From: Convolutriloba macropyga | Taxonomy: Eukaryota | Length of the DNA: 64,000 bases | Direction of reading: 5' to 3' | Assembly: GCF_964194025.1 (NCBI RefSeq) | Contig: NC_134471.1 | Location: 27,776,001-27,840,000, forward strand | In this document: piece after piece, positions 13,671 through 27,899 of the stretch | How the letters are laid out: the number at the start of each line of letters is the position of its first letter | Numbering within the stretch: position 1 is the stretch's first letter | Translations under genes and position numbers: made by a program | Notes under the pieces: generated by a model | Database searches by the model: none | Seen by the model: the letters and a program-made list of their open reading frames with translations, nothing else | Told to the model about the DNA's origin: nothing

Positions 13671-16600
13671 AATTCACAGATCTGTTGTATTTCCGGCAGA
13701 GCGGACGGTGGTGTTAAATGCATATTAGAATTTTTCCTTCATCATATTTTAGATAGTCTTTCATATCACTGTATCTGATTTTTCCAAAATATTATTAGGT
13801 TATTTTTCTCATTCAACTTTTGGCACGAGAGTTATATATTACTTGTCAAACCATACGAAGCCTCAGACTAATTAGTTTAGGTCCCTAGCGGCCAGTCCCC
13901 CTTTTATCCCAAGTTACAATGGTGCCCCACCACCGGCACCACCGCCCGAACCTCTCTGCAATATTTGTAACGAGCCTTGTAATGTACAAGTGAGTGAATT
14001 TTGTGACAAATTTAAGAAAATCAATACTCAATTTGGTTGTTTGGGAATATCAAGTACCGCAAATATCAAAGGAATGATCTACTGGCCATGTGTTGCTTGT
14101 AGTCTACCCAATTAGATATGTCTGATAAAGAAACCGGAATTCCCATTTCTAAAAGCTGCAAAAAGTAGACCCGGCAGGAATTGAAACGACAGCACATCCA
14201 GTTATCACAGTGCGACAGTAAACAAAAAGAAAAAGGTGGATGATTTTGAATTTCAAACTGTACACAGAAAAGTAAGATCAACAAAGGAGATTAAAACGGG
14301 AACGAGCACCAATCCAGCAGTCACCGAGGGCGTCAAAAAGCCCCGAAGCGTCGTCATTTATATGTAGGTCGATAAAATCAGAACATAAAGCATCAGAAAT
14401 GGAGCAGTACTGTGTAGAAAATAACGTCGAAGTACTCCATATTCGCCAAATTTCGAGGTCAGAAGCTCACCTGAAATCCTTTTATTGTGTATTTATATTT
14501 GATGAAGAGAAAGTTGAGTTACCTGATTTCTGGCCTGAAAACTTTACGATGTCAAGATGTTACCTGAATGAAGCCGCCCGTGATTGGCTAAAAAAAGTTG
14601 ATCAAAATTGAATACTAGCCAGTCCCTCATTAAAACAAAGATCGACGAAAAAAAAGTCTACAGAGCTAAACATTTGTATACATAATATACGCTCTGTCAG
14701 GAACAAAACGAAAGATGGAAATCCCTGTTGGAAGTAAATGAAACTAGTTTGGGAGTATTTATAGAATTGTGGATTACGAACAACTCAGATGACGATTTTA
14801 TTCGAAAGCAGTGTTGTCCCCCGGTGTTTCTTTTCTATAGTGCACCAAGAGTGAATAAAAGAGGAGGTCGAATTCGCCTCTTTTACGGATATGATCTCCA
14901 TTTGGAAAATTTTGAAAAGTTTATCTCTGAATTTTGTGAATGCTGCTATGCCTCGTTAACTGTTGGGGCTACCAGTTATTTAGTAATCGCTGTTTTTCGA
15001 CAACTTGGATTAAATGTTAAATCTTTCATTGATTACTTTACTATTTTTTTTTGAAAAGAAAACGCTAGAATTCGACAAGATTGTTCTCCTGGGTGATTTT
15101 AACATTTCACTGAAAGTAAATAACGATGCATCAAATATTTGAAACTAAATTTCTGAAGATTTCTGATTGACTCAGAATGTCTCCGAGAAAACCCATAGAA
15201 GTGGTGGGATTCTTGACCATGTTATTGCGTCGAAAAATATTTCAGTTAAAGTTAAATCGAATATCTTCATTTCTTCTTTGGACCATTCGTTTATTTGTTT
15301 CTCGCTCAGCAGTGTGAAACAACGCAAATCTCAACAACTTTTGATGTATAGAAATTGGAAGAAGTTTGATTTTGAAGGTTTTATTAATATATTGAAGTCG
15401 ATTTTAGAACTTGATGTTGCCTCAAGGATTGATGAAGCATGGGATATGTATCTAAGTTTTGAGGAGAATTTTTTGGATTCCGTTCTACCACTCAGAATAG
15501 AAACATTTACTAAACATCAATGCCTATTCTTTGACGACGAGCTTTTGAGATTGAAACGAAAGAAGAAAAAAGCAGAGCGTAAACACAAAAAGTCGAAAAC
15601 ATCTGTACTGAAATCTGACTTTGAAAATGTTACCTATATGTATTTTGAAAAATTCTTAGAGAAGCTTAGATTATACCTTGAGAACGCGTTGATGGAAAAT
15701 TGTAGCCGTAAGAAGTTTGCCAATTTAAAGTTGCTTGTTGGTCAAGATGTAGAACGGCTCCCGAAATATGAAAACAAAAGACAGCTTGCAAACGACTTCT
15801 ACGAGTTCTTTATTTCTAAAGTGAAAAGTATTATTGCATCAATTCCCAGTGCGATAGGTCCTGAAATTCTGAAAACTGAAGTTAGTTCAATAAACTCGTT
15901 CACAGAGTTGTCGATAAGTTAGTTTAGAGCTTTAATTTTGGCGTCGTCAAACAATACATCTCCACTGGACATCGTTCCGACACATCTTGTAAAGTCATTT
16001 TCAGATCATTATTTTCTCGACCTCCTGAAACTTCTTAATCTTTCGCTGAAGGCGGTATGTTTTCCCAAGTCCTTTGAAACGGTATTTGTTAAACCCCACT
16101 TGAAGAAAGCAAATTCTGACGATGACGATTTTTCAAATTATCAACCTATCTCAAGCCTAAGTTACATTTCACAACTATTAGAACGGTTGGTTTTCCTACA
16201 AATGCGTGAAAAAATAGTCCCTAGTACAAATAGTCTCTTTAGATAATACCAAAGTACCCACAGGAGGTTTTTTTCTACAGAAACAGCGCTGGTTAAGGTG
16301 AAAAATGATTTATTCCTCAATTTCGATAGGGCGAAAAGCACTTTTTATATTGGAATTGATTATTGGAAGTGCTTAGATTTTAAAATAGTTATCCGAGTAG
16401 TAGATCTCAAAAAGTGTTGATTGACAGTGAATATTCGACGCCAAGAACCATAAAAACGGGTGTTCCTCAAGGATCTATTCGAGATCCCTTTCTTTTTTCA
16501 TGCTATCTTGTTCCTCTGGAATTTCTGTTTGAACGTCTCGAGGTCAGTTACCTTTTTTATGCCGATGACTTAGTTATCTGTTTTGTTAACCATGCCTGGA

Positions 16601-17478
16601 TAAATCAGGGGGCTTTTGATTTGATATTTACGACTTTGAAAAAGTGGTTCAGTGGTGCTAAGCTCCAATAAACTCGAATAAAACTGAATACATGTTTATT
16701 AGTAGAAAGAATAGTTTAAATAGCGATATTAAATTTCCGACAGATGCCAATTTTTCTAACAATGTTACTTTGTTGGGCTTCAACATAGATTCCAGACTTT
16801 CATATACAAAAAAAATTATTTTTGTGTGCCGCAGATGTTATTATTTCGTGCGAAAATTTGTTCTATCAGAGATACAGTTGACAGAAAGTCGTTGATCGAA
16901 TTATTTCGAGCAATGATTTTTTCGCGACTAGCTAATAACTGCAACTCACTTTATTATGGACTACCTGTGTATGTTATACAGAAATTAGAGCGTATAATGA
17001 ACTCAGAAAGTCGTCTCATTTTAGGCTAACACCTGGTTCATCAACAGCAAATTCTATCAAAGAGCTTCATTGGCTACGCATGAAACAACGTATCCTCTAT
17101 AAAATTCTACTATTTCGCCATCGTTTAGTTCACCATCCGTGGAAAATTCCGATGTATCTTGGCGCATCAGTTTTCCGAAATGATAAGGTGACTAGATGCC
17201 AATATACGTACAATTTGAAGGTTCCTAATGTCACGACTGCATTTGGGCGAAGATCATTCAGTTTTGCTGTTGCTTTCAAAAAGAATAAGCTGCCTTTTGA
17301 GATGAAACTAATACCCCATGAATTTGATTGACACAAGAAACTGAAAACTATTTTATTTAATATTTGATTTTGAAAGCAATTTTGAGTTTGTAAATGGTGC
17401 CTAAACCTATAATAAATACAACTGTAAATTGGTGTCTGCAAAAAAACTGTTTGATGGTTGAACTCATTTATCAGCAAT
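13671..17478 (+). mobile_element. Degenerate near-full-length L2/CR1-group LINE (ORF1 remnant, APE and RT)
   Basis: APE motifs (HNIRS, LLGDFN, THRSGGILDHV, SLDH) and RT motifs (YQPISSL, GVPQGS, YADD). C-terminal LHWL..KQRILYKILL and FGRRSFS are typical of L2. Many stops and frameshifts. Confidence 0.88.
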
Positions 17479-19121
17479 CATAAAAATGTTATAGAATATT
17501 AACCATGAATACTCATTAAAAGCGATTATAATCACAAGCAAATGTTTATTGTGATCGATAGTTCTTATTTTCGGGACATGCTAAAGAACATTTTTAAAGT
17601 CACGCAACAGCAAATTGTACAATTTAATTATAAGGTATCTTCGGTTTTGAGAAGCATCTAGGAAGAGGAGACAAAATGCACTCGGTTGCTGAAGACTGTT
17701 GGAAATTCTAAATTTGGGCAACCAATTAAACATTTGCAACTATTGCATCAGCAGCATTTGTAAACTGCATACTATGTAACAAAAATGAATCGATCAGAAA
17801 ATGAAATGAAAAATCTCCTTTTAGATTTGTTCTGACAATCATCTAATGCCGAATGTCAACTTCAAGGAAAAAAATCTCCTTATAACGGACCAGATCGACT
17901 TCTTTGTTTTTTCAACACATATTTGAATAGTTCAAAGTGTTGTTAAGCTAACTTTGTGATCTCTGTCAATTTTCAGGGAGCTCTACTGATGCTATAAAAC
18001 CTAACACAATGGATCATTTCATTTGCAACTATAATACTTGTTGAGTGTGACCCTAATTTTAAGATCAATAAGACATAATTAGGCCACTGCCGTAATTGAT
18101 ATATGCTTTTCTGGGTCCACCTAATTCGATAATCAACTATAGCGCCAAGCTGAAATCGAGGAACATTATTTACTCGGAAAAACCAACTCAATTTCTAAAC
18201 ATATGATTGAGTGGAAACCGAAAAGTGTCACGTCGGTTTTTACAAAATTAACATGATTGTTAAGCGTATTTTGGGACCACTCTCAGATAGCACATTTTTT
18301 AGAAGCCTTTGAACAACTACGAGGCACATTTTCTTTCAAGATTAATGATTGAAAAAATTCGACCTGAGACAAAAAACTGTGATCAGCTGTCTAAAATTGC
18401 TATTCTTTGTGTGAAACTCTCTTTAACGCCTTCCTTTTTGGATTAATCACTATATGGTTTAATTGTTCCGAGGAAGAGAACTCTTGTCAATCACAGTCGT
18501 CCTAATTTCTACGACTACCTTGTGTTTGTTGTGATCGAAACAAATTTTTATGATTTAAACAATACGTTGTAAAGATTCAAGAAATATTAAAGCTTTGCAG
18601 ATCAGAGGATTTTAAACATTTTGCCCCTTTTTTGTTGCACTGCCAAATGTGTTACACCATGAAGTATGACCAACTTGAAGAAAGAATTCAGAGCGAGTTT
18701 GATTTTCAAAAAATGAAGTTAAATGACGTCTCAAGGTTTATAAGAAACAAAATCCTCATCAATCATTTAGCGATTCTTTGATGTCCTTGGAATCATGACC
18801 AGACTTGAGATTTTCTTTAAGAGCAACTTGTATTGTATTAGAACCACCAAAACGTTAATGAAACAAGTTGCTTGTATTCACAGAGATCATTTGAAGAAAT
18901 TAAATTAAGGTGGTTGCCGAAAAATCAGTCTAGGACCACTATATCAACTACCAAAGGCAACAATAATCAAAAATATCAACTCAGTTTTCGTTAGATTGTA
19001 AGCAACGGAAAAATGTTGAATTTCGCACATAACGAACTTCTCCAAATAAGACCATTTTTTTGCAATTTTCATACTCTGACGGAATTTTTACATAAATGGT
19101 TCTTGGTACTGTTGGTACTTT

Positions 19122-20968
19122 CCCGACAAGTATAAAAACTCCTCAAAAATGAAAGTATCGCCCATCTTCAACACCTAGAAAAAAGGAAGATTTTGCAGGA
19201 AATTCTGAAAATTTTCAGCCCAAATCAGACAAATATATTTTCTATTGCAGTAACCTAAATAACTGCAATTAAACAGAGGACTGTACGACAAATCGCTGAA
19301 GTTTTTTTCAACGAACAAAAAATTTTGAAAAATTAAATTGTCCAAATTCAGACCACTGCCCAGACTATAAAAAGACTACGTTGAGAACATCCGGACCAAA
19401 TTGACCGCTTAACAGTCTCAATCTAGACCAAATCTGGAAAAATGCACATTTTCATTGTTTCAAAATTAAAAGTAAGCTAAGTAACCACTAGCTTACTTTT
19501 AATTTTGAAACAAAAAAAATGTGCATTTTTCCAGATTTGGTCTAGATTGAAACTGTTAAACGGTCAATTTGGTCCGGAAGGTCTCAACGTAGTCTTTTTA
19601 TAGTCTGGACAGTGGTCTGAGTTTGGACAATATAATTTTGAAACAGAGATAATGTGCATTTTTCCAGATTTGGTCTTGATTGAGTCTGTTAAGCGGTCAC
19701 TTTGATCTGGAAAGTCTGATCATAGTCTGTTTATAGTCTGGACAATGGTCTGAATTCGGGTCTGATCATAAGCTCACTAAAGTCTGGACAAAGGTCTGGG
19801 TTCGGTCTGATCAGAGATCATTTTGGTCTGGAAGGTCTGATCAGAGGTAATTTTGGTCTGGAAAGTCTGATCAGAGGTCATTTGAGTCTGGATAGTCTGA
19901 TCATAGCTCAATTTGGGTCTGGACCAAAACCTGGGTAACGATTAAGATATAGATTGTCAAATTTTTTTTTGATCCCCTGAAATATGGAGTTAGAAAAAGT
20001 AACAAGAAATACAAAAACGAGACGCTATTGAACTTTTTTGGCTCAATTAGGGCCATATTTGGTTTAATGATTGCCTGAAAACGGAAACTGAAGGAGCGGA
20101 CTTTTGTTATCTGTAAAAAGCCCGACAAGTATAAAAACTCCTCAAAAACGAAAGTATCGCGCATCTTCAACACCTAGAAAAAAGGAAGTCTTTTGCAAGA
20201 AATTCTAAATAATTTTCTTTGCATTGAATTATAAAAAATTTTAGTTACCACAAAAAACTTTGCATCAAATTTTCAAGAGAGTATTGGAAAAACAAAAAAA
20301 TCATGAAAAGTTCAATATCTACTTTCGCATATTTTCAGCCCACTATATTAAGTCAGATAAAAATATTTTGTATCCTTGTACCTAAATAACTGCAATTAAA
20401 GAGAGGACTGTATGACAAATCTCTAAATTATTTTTCAACGAACAAGAATTTTTTATTGTGGTTAGTTAGCTTACTTTTAATTTTAAAACAGAGAAAATGT
20501 GCATTTTTCCAGATTTGGTCTAGATTGAGTCTGTTAAGTGGTCACTTTGGTCTGGAAAGTCTGATCATAGTCTGTTTATAGTCTGGATAATGGTCTGAAT
20601 TTGGGTCTGATCATAAGCGCATTATAGTCTGGAAAAAGGTCTGGGTTCGGTCTGATCAGAGGACATTTTGGTCTGGAAAGTCTGGTCAGAGATCATTTTG
20701 GTCTGGAAAGTCTGATCAGAGGTCATTTCAGTCTGGATAGTCTGATCATAGCTCAATATGGGTCTGGACCAAAACCTGGGTAACGATTAAGATATAGATT
20801 ATCAATTTTTTTATCCCCTCAAATATGTAGTTAGAAAAAGTAACAAGAAATACAATAACGAGACGCTATTGAATTTTTTTGGCTCAATGAGGGCCACATG
20901 TCCAATTTGTTTAATGATTGCCAGAAAATGGAAACTGAAGGAGCGGAGTTTTGTTATCTGTAAAAAGC
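19122..20968. repeat. Tandemly duplicated MITE-like segment with GTCTG micro-repeats and a ~300-bp palindrome
   Basis: CCCGACAAGTATAAAAACTCCTC starts at ~19122 and ~20121. Inverted arms lie at ~19335-19480 and ~19488-19632. Confidence 0.7.
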
Positions 20969-21768
20969 GGCACTTACTCTATATAAAATACCCATTCAAG
21001 TTATTTCAGGAGAAACCATAAAATTTTGTTACGCTTGTTCATTGAAACGAAAATCGTCGATTTCAATCAATAGGTTGCCCAAATTAACAAGTAAGTCATA
21101 TCTACTCCGGGTGCTATGGAGTACACGAAGTTCAGAGTGTTGGATGTAGAGTGACGACGCTTAGTCAAAATGTTGTGCCTATCATTACTTCATCTTTTGT
21201 AAGAAATTTTTGTTTTCACTGAATCTCAAGTCAACAATAACAAAAACCAAAAAATAGCTTCAGGAAAAGCTTGTTCACATAACGGCACGTTAATCAATTT
21301 TGATATGCTTTTTTGATGATTCGAATGATGATTCGTTGAATGAAGTGTTTGACGCCAACGTATTTACTCATTTTGCAAACGTTCAGTGTAAAAAGGTAAG
21401 AAATGCACTTACAATTTTGTTGAGTGTCCTAAATTTGCTCCTGAATTTACTAGCCAAAAAGTTTTATCTATATTTTAAGAAAACCCGAAATGATGAATAA
21501 CCAACCCAACAGTTTTTCTTGCGGAAAGTTTTATAATATATTTACAAGAAACTAAATTTTAAACTGCAGCAGCTAAATGGGAATCAAAAATAATAAAGAC
21601 CTTTCTGTCTTTCTTGAACTGAAGCACCAATTTGCCAAAATAAGAAAACTGATTTATATTTTCCATAATTGATCCAATACTCATTTAAAGTTATTGCTCT
21701 GAATATATGATGACATTTTTGACAATCGATGGATTTTTGTCAAACGAGGACAATCTAACCAACAAAAA

Positions 21769-23625
21769 ATGCACAACTCACAATCACCACACTCATCCAT
21801 CCACAACGACAACCCATGGTTCGAAAAAATAAAGTACATTAAGAGACAAAACAGAGTACCGATCCTACCAACCCCACAAACAGGACAAATACAAAATTGC
21901 AGGAGATGCGGAAACAAACTCCTCCCTGGCCACCTAAACACATGTCCCGCGAAGAACGAAGCCTGCAGAATATGCAAAAAGATCGGACATTTCGCAAAAC
22001 TTTGCAGATCAGAGATGCCACCACGTCCCACATTCAGACAACAACAAAGATCACAATCAATGAGTACAGGACTACACCCCCAAAACAAATACAACCAACT
22101 GGCACAAAGACAATCACAACAAAAAATAAGGAACATCAACGAAGAAACAGAAACGGAAGAACGAACAGAAACAGAAGAAACAATCGACCCAGAATCGACT
22201 TGTTATACAAGAGAGATGATGGAGGACTGGCAAAACATCAACTTCATCAAAACGATCAACTTCACAAATGAGAAAGTATCAGACGTAAACAAAACAAACA
22301 GAGGAGAATTCTGGATAAAGACAAAAACAAACAACCAGCAAATATTCTGGTTGGCAGATACAGGAAGCCCACGTAGCTTCATGAACAAAGACACAGCACA
22401 GAGACTACTGGCAAATGAAAAGACAACCATCAAACAACCGAACAAATCGATTGGAGAATTTCGATGCTTCAATAACAACAAAATCGATATAATCGGCACC
22501 ATCCAAGTGGATATCACATCAGGGTCATCCATTGCCAAAAACTGCACAATACTACTGGTCAACAACAACACCATCAACATCATGGGGAGAGATATCATGG
22601 ACCAACTTGGCCTACGCCTAACAATGACAACAACAAATAAAGGTGAGAATAATCTATTCAACATATCAAACACACATCAACGAATATCCAAATGGATATT
22701 CAATAAATACCCCCACTTGTGTACACGTTTGGGAAGATCAAAAATCCACGTGGCAAAATCAACATTTAAAAAAGAATTCCACCCCACACAACACAAAGGA
22801 CGAAGATTTCCGTTACACCTAACAGAAAAAGTCGAGAGAGAACTCAAAAAATTAATCGACGAAAAACAGATCCAAAAACTAACAAAATGCTCGGATGAAC
22901 ATTTCACAAATCCAGTAGTCATCACAGTAAAATCAGATCAATCAATCAAAATTGCACTAGACTCCAAGATATTAAACGACGCAATACACAAAAATAAATA
23001 CCAAATGCAAAGCATAGACCACCTAATGGACAAAATAGGTATGAAGATATCAAAACTAAAGACACAAGAAGGAAAATTATATTTCAGTAAAATTGATCTA
23101 AAATACGCATACAGCCAATTACCTCTCCATCCGGAGACACAAAAGCACTGTAACTTCAACATATTAGGAGGCAACGCTACAGGCACATATAAATTTTTAA
23201 ATGGATTCTATGGCTTGACAGACCTACCAGCAACCTTCCAAAAAATGATGGACACAACGCTCGACGGACTAGACTCACCAAACGCATTTTTAAATGACAT
23301 AATAGTTATTACAAAAGGCACAATAGAAAAACACGAAAAAGAAATTGATAAAACACTAAATAGACTAAATGAAGAAAATCTAGCAATTAGCTTACACAAA
23401 TGCGAATTCGGCCTAAACGAAATCATTTGGCTAGGTTACAAAATAAACGCCGAAGGAATAAAACCAGCCAAACGAAAAACGGACGCAATCATCCAACTGG
23501 ATAACCCGGAAACACTCAAACAACTACGATCATTCATGGGCAGCATTCACCACCTAATCAAATTCATACCAAAACTGGCAACACTATCAGCACCAATAAG
23601 ACCACTACTATCATCATCAACATAA
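21769..23625 (+). pseudogene. Gypsy gag-pol fragment (zinc knuckle, aspartic protease, RT)
   Basis: 618-aa ORF with the motifs above; ends at a frameshift before RNase H. Confidence 0.88.
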
Positions 23626-23639
23626 AAAAAAACTGGAAG

Positions 23640-25545
23640 GGAACGAAAAACACTCAGCCGCATTCAACAACATAAAAAAGGCAATCAAAAACATAATAGA
23701 ACAAAACACTTCAACATAAACAACAAAACCCGAGTTAAGTGCGACGCTAGCAAAGAAGGATTAGGAGCATGCCTAGAACAAAAAGAAAATAATAATTGGC
23801 ACCCAATCGCATATGCCAGTAGGTTCCTAAACAAAAAAGAACAACGATACAGTATAAACGAACTCGAACTATTTGCAGTCGTTTGGTCAATAGAACATTT
23901 TAAATACTACTTGTATGGATCGCACTTTACCCTCCAAACAGACCACCAAGCATTGATATCCGCACTAAAAAACAATAGAGGAAATAAAACGTATCAAAGC
24001 CGACTAACAAGATGGGTCGACAGATTATTACCAATCCACTTCAAAGTCGAACACATCGCAGGAAAGGACATGGGCTTCGCGGACTATTTAAGCCGCCACC
24101 CTAACTCACCACCAACTGGTGAGAACATGAACGAAAACCATGTCATAAATATAATAACATCGCTAAAATACGCTCTATTAATGCAGCAAAGAAAATCAGC
24201 CAATCAGAATGCTCGAAAAACTAGCGCACAAAATGACGTCAAAAACCATTCCAATCGGAACGAACAAAAGCAACACGCTTTTTGCCAAATTAACGCTAAC
24301 AATCAGTCGCTACTTATTAAGCCTTCTTTATTAACAAACTTTCAAATTAACAACTCAAAACAACACAACCATTATCATTCAAAACAAATTACACAAAATT
24401 CATCCACATCGAAAGTATACATCACAACAAGAAGAAGACCATATCTGGACACAAACACCATACCCATAACAAAACGACACAGAGCACCAAACAAAAAGAA
24501 GATGGACGTACCACACAATCCCACAGAAACAAACACAAAGGCAATAGCAACACAGACAGATGAAACAAACAATACAGGACTTGGACGGACCCCACTCAAT
24601 GCAAAACAACATTTCAACCCATTCGCAGACACAAACAACGATCAGTCAACAGATTACCTCATCAATTTACATAAAGTCCTAGGAGAGGAATTCATTGCAG
24701 AGGCCACCAGAGCAGACCCCCAAAGCCGAAGCCTACTACAGATAGTACAAGACAAAGACTGGACAACACTAAAACATTTCAGCCGGCACTGGCATTCATT
24801 GAAACGCAACCTAGGAGTGACACCAACTGGATGCATCCTCTACGATGGTAAACTGTTCATACCAACACAGCTACGAAAACCAATTATGAACGCTATACAT
24901 AGAAAACATCCAGGACAAACGGGGATGATGCATCTTGCAAATCTCATTTGGTTCCCGCGAATACACCGGGAAATGGTCACCCTTACGCAAAATTGCCAAC
25001 CGTGCATTAAGATAGGTAAGAATCTAAAACCACTAATACCCAAAAACAAAATATCAGAACTGCCACCACTAGTAGAACCTAATGAAGAAGTCCAATTGGA
25101 CTTTGCCGGCCCAATAACTGATGAACAATACAAAGAATCATATATACTAGCATCAGTAGATAGATACTCAAGATACCCCCACGCAAAAGTATACCATAAT
25201 TGCGACGCAGAAACCGCCATCAGTTATCTCAACCAATACATAAAATTCCACGGGATCCCCAGAAACATAAGGTGCGAACAAGCACAAGCATTCAAGTCTC
25301 GACAATTTGAAATATTCTGTAAAAACAACAACATAAAATTAATACTAGCTCCAGTTGGAGATCACAGAGCCACGGGAATGATAGAGCGCCAAATACAAAC
25401 AATCAAAAGACGCCTATCAGTAATAAATAACGACACCAACTGGTCACAAGTAACACTCGCAGACAAAGTAGCAGAAATAAAACAAAAAATCAAACTAATC
25501 CAAAACACAACCACAAAAATAGCGCCATACACAGCACACTTTTGA
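23640..25545 (+). pseudogene. Gypsy pol fragment (RNase H, linker, integrase)
   Basis: TDHQAL, ADYLSRHP, HRKHPG...CQPC, LDFAGP, CEQAQAF, GMIER; premature stop at 25543. Confidence 0.85.
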
Positions 25546-27899
25546 AGAAAAGTCAATACACAACTTTCAAACATAACAACAAAACCATCACAAAACAATA
25601 TGTCATACAAAAACATAAAAAATTTCTATTTAGACAAGAATAGAGACCTCAAACAACCCATGCTGAACGCAGAATCCATCTGGAACATCGAGACCGATTC
25701 GGAACCCGAGCTCGACATCAGATTTAATGAAGACGCCCCGGATGAAGATTCTGCTTCAGACAACTCCACACTCCAGAATGTCAAGAAAAAAGCAGTGAAA
25801 CGTAAGCACATATCACCTATTAAGATTATACCAGATAAACTAACACTAACTTTCGGGGACAAAACCACCACCATCACTAAAACGAAAACAAAAAAGCAAG
25901 TAGCACGAAAAACACCCGCACGTAGATCACAAGAACCTCGAGGCACACTTAAACCACTATGGAACATAATACCAGATGGTACAATTACAAACTATTCTCC
26001 AACAACAATAACACTAGACACACACCACCGCAAAAACACTGTAGTAAGAAAAAACGATTTAGCTGTAGTTAACGAAACAAAACCAAGACTAATGCACTTC
26101 GTAGCATGTAAAACTGTACGAGAAGACAAAAGAAAAAGAATTTTTGTTAACAGAAAAGAAGAACAACCAAAAGAACCACATCAGCGATAAACTAACCGAC
26201 CACACTCCCGAATCACAAATCCATATGGATCAACCAGGACCAAGAAGGGCACAAGAGAGCAAACTACAGAAGGACCAACCCGGCCCGAGCGGATCACAAA
26301 GGACCCAACCAGCCAAAGCCCCCAAGCAGCCCAGACGAAAAGGAACGGCTCCAACGAAACGTGCACACAAACCCAACAAAGACTTTGAAATACGCTCAAA
26401 GGAGGCAGCCCTCGCACAAACGAAATTGGAAAAAGCGAAACAACGCCAAAAGGAGAAAGCAAGATCACCACTTATCCAACTGGACACGAAGAAACTGCAG
26501 CGAGACAAATCAGTGAAAATCATCAATCTAGCATCAGACTCATCACAAGAAAGCCCGCTACAATTCCTTACATCCAACAACCCTAACGCATTCATGTATG
26601 CACAACCGGAAAACAGGGACAACAGCCCATCAAAAAAAGAAGCGAAAATAGACAAGATAATAAAGAAAATAACAAATTCACCGAAAAAGGCGACAACGGA
26701 ACCTGAAGAAGAACAAATCATAACGATTATCCCAGCCTCAACATCCACACCAATTGGAAACAAAACAAAAGCACGAAAACCCATCGACAACAAACAACCA
26801 CCACAACCAATTGGCAACAGCGAAGTCACGCAACAACAAAACACCGACAAACAAACAACGCAACCAACTGGTTCAAGCACGACCACTCAACAAAACAACA
26901 ACATAGAACATACATCAACACTACAAAGAGACAAAACAAATCCACCCGATCAAGCAGACAAAGAATCAGTAGACCCACCAGAGGAACGCCAAGACACGAA
27001 CACTGAAAGAGAAAACATCCATACGGAGGAACAAGAAGACGAGTATTTAGGAACTAGTTCCATATCGTCGCTCAACACGGCGGACATAGAAGCCCTAAAC
27101 AAGATTTTTGATTAAAAGCAAAAATCAAATCATCGAGGGGAAGTGTGGTGGCGGATCCACCCGGAGAGTTGACAACCAAGTATCGCACCTAATAATATAA
27201 ACATTGTTAAACTATATTACATATATTTATATTCCTGACGGAATGAACTTATATTCTTTTGTTGCTATGTTAATGTTTAGTATCGCCAATAGGCGATAAC
27301 CGTATTGTAAACTTGAGTGACAGCTTTGTTAAACATTGTTACCACAAGTGCCCACTGGTACTTCGTCTAAATCACGTAGAGCGTGAAAGCTAAACTGCAG
27401 TTCTGCCTAAAGCAAAACAAGAAAGAGTTGATAATTCAAGCTTCGGACTTGCTCTTTTTGATATCGAAAGTTATTCAATACGACATATAGTAATAAAACA
27501 GAAGTTGGCTCAGAATTGTTCTTTTGATATCATTTTTTTCCAAACCCTCGCCTATTGTCAATGTAAGAAATTACTGCTGATAGAAGTTTTTTAGAGTTTC
27601 AATGTTTCCAAATTTCGTTTTCAGTATTGAGTGATCTACTTTATCAAATGCCATTGATGCATCCAGAGAAAAAGTGTTAATTCGCATATTTCTGCATTGT
27701 CAAATTAATGGGATTTTTTCCATTAAATCCCGCTCCCCAAGAAGTATGCACTTCCCAATTACAGAGCACATGCCATTTAAAACAAACCATTAAAAAAACC
27801 TTTTAAAAATTTTCCATCTGTGTTTAGCAGGAGCACATATTAAGCACTCTCAAAGTTGGTGGGCCCAGAGCTAATGATCTTAATTACGATAGATTAATT

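Larger units (their letters stand above)
9390..20970. repeat. Three diverged tandem copies of a ~1.7-2.6 kb non-coding unit, interrupted by insertions
   Basis: GAAGAGGAGACAAAAT..CTCGGTTGCTGAA.ACTGTTGGAAA at ~9506, ~12110 and ~17662; CCTTGGAATCATGAC.AGACTTGAGAT at ~11528, ~13267 and ~18786. Confidence 0.75.
21740..27500 (+). mobile_element. Ty3/Gypsy LTR retrotransposon, 5'-truncated and degenerate (gag ZnK-PR-RT-RH-IN, extra 3' ORFs, PPT, 3' LTR)
   Basis: CCHC knuckle CRICKKIGHFAKLC; protease LADTGS; RT KIDLKYAYSQL...FLND (catalytic DD altered); RNase H CDAS/ADYLSR; integrase HHCC plus D-D(E here)-E. PPT GAGGGGAAG is followed by TG at 27144. LTR end is uncertain. Confidence 0.92.

Noticed and set aside
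21681-26886. Numerous minus-strand ORFs over the Gypsy element
   Set aside because: Antisense shadows caused by strong compositional bias.
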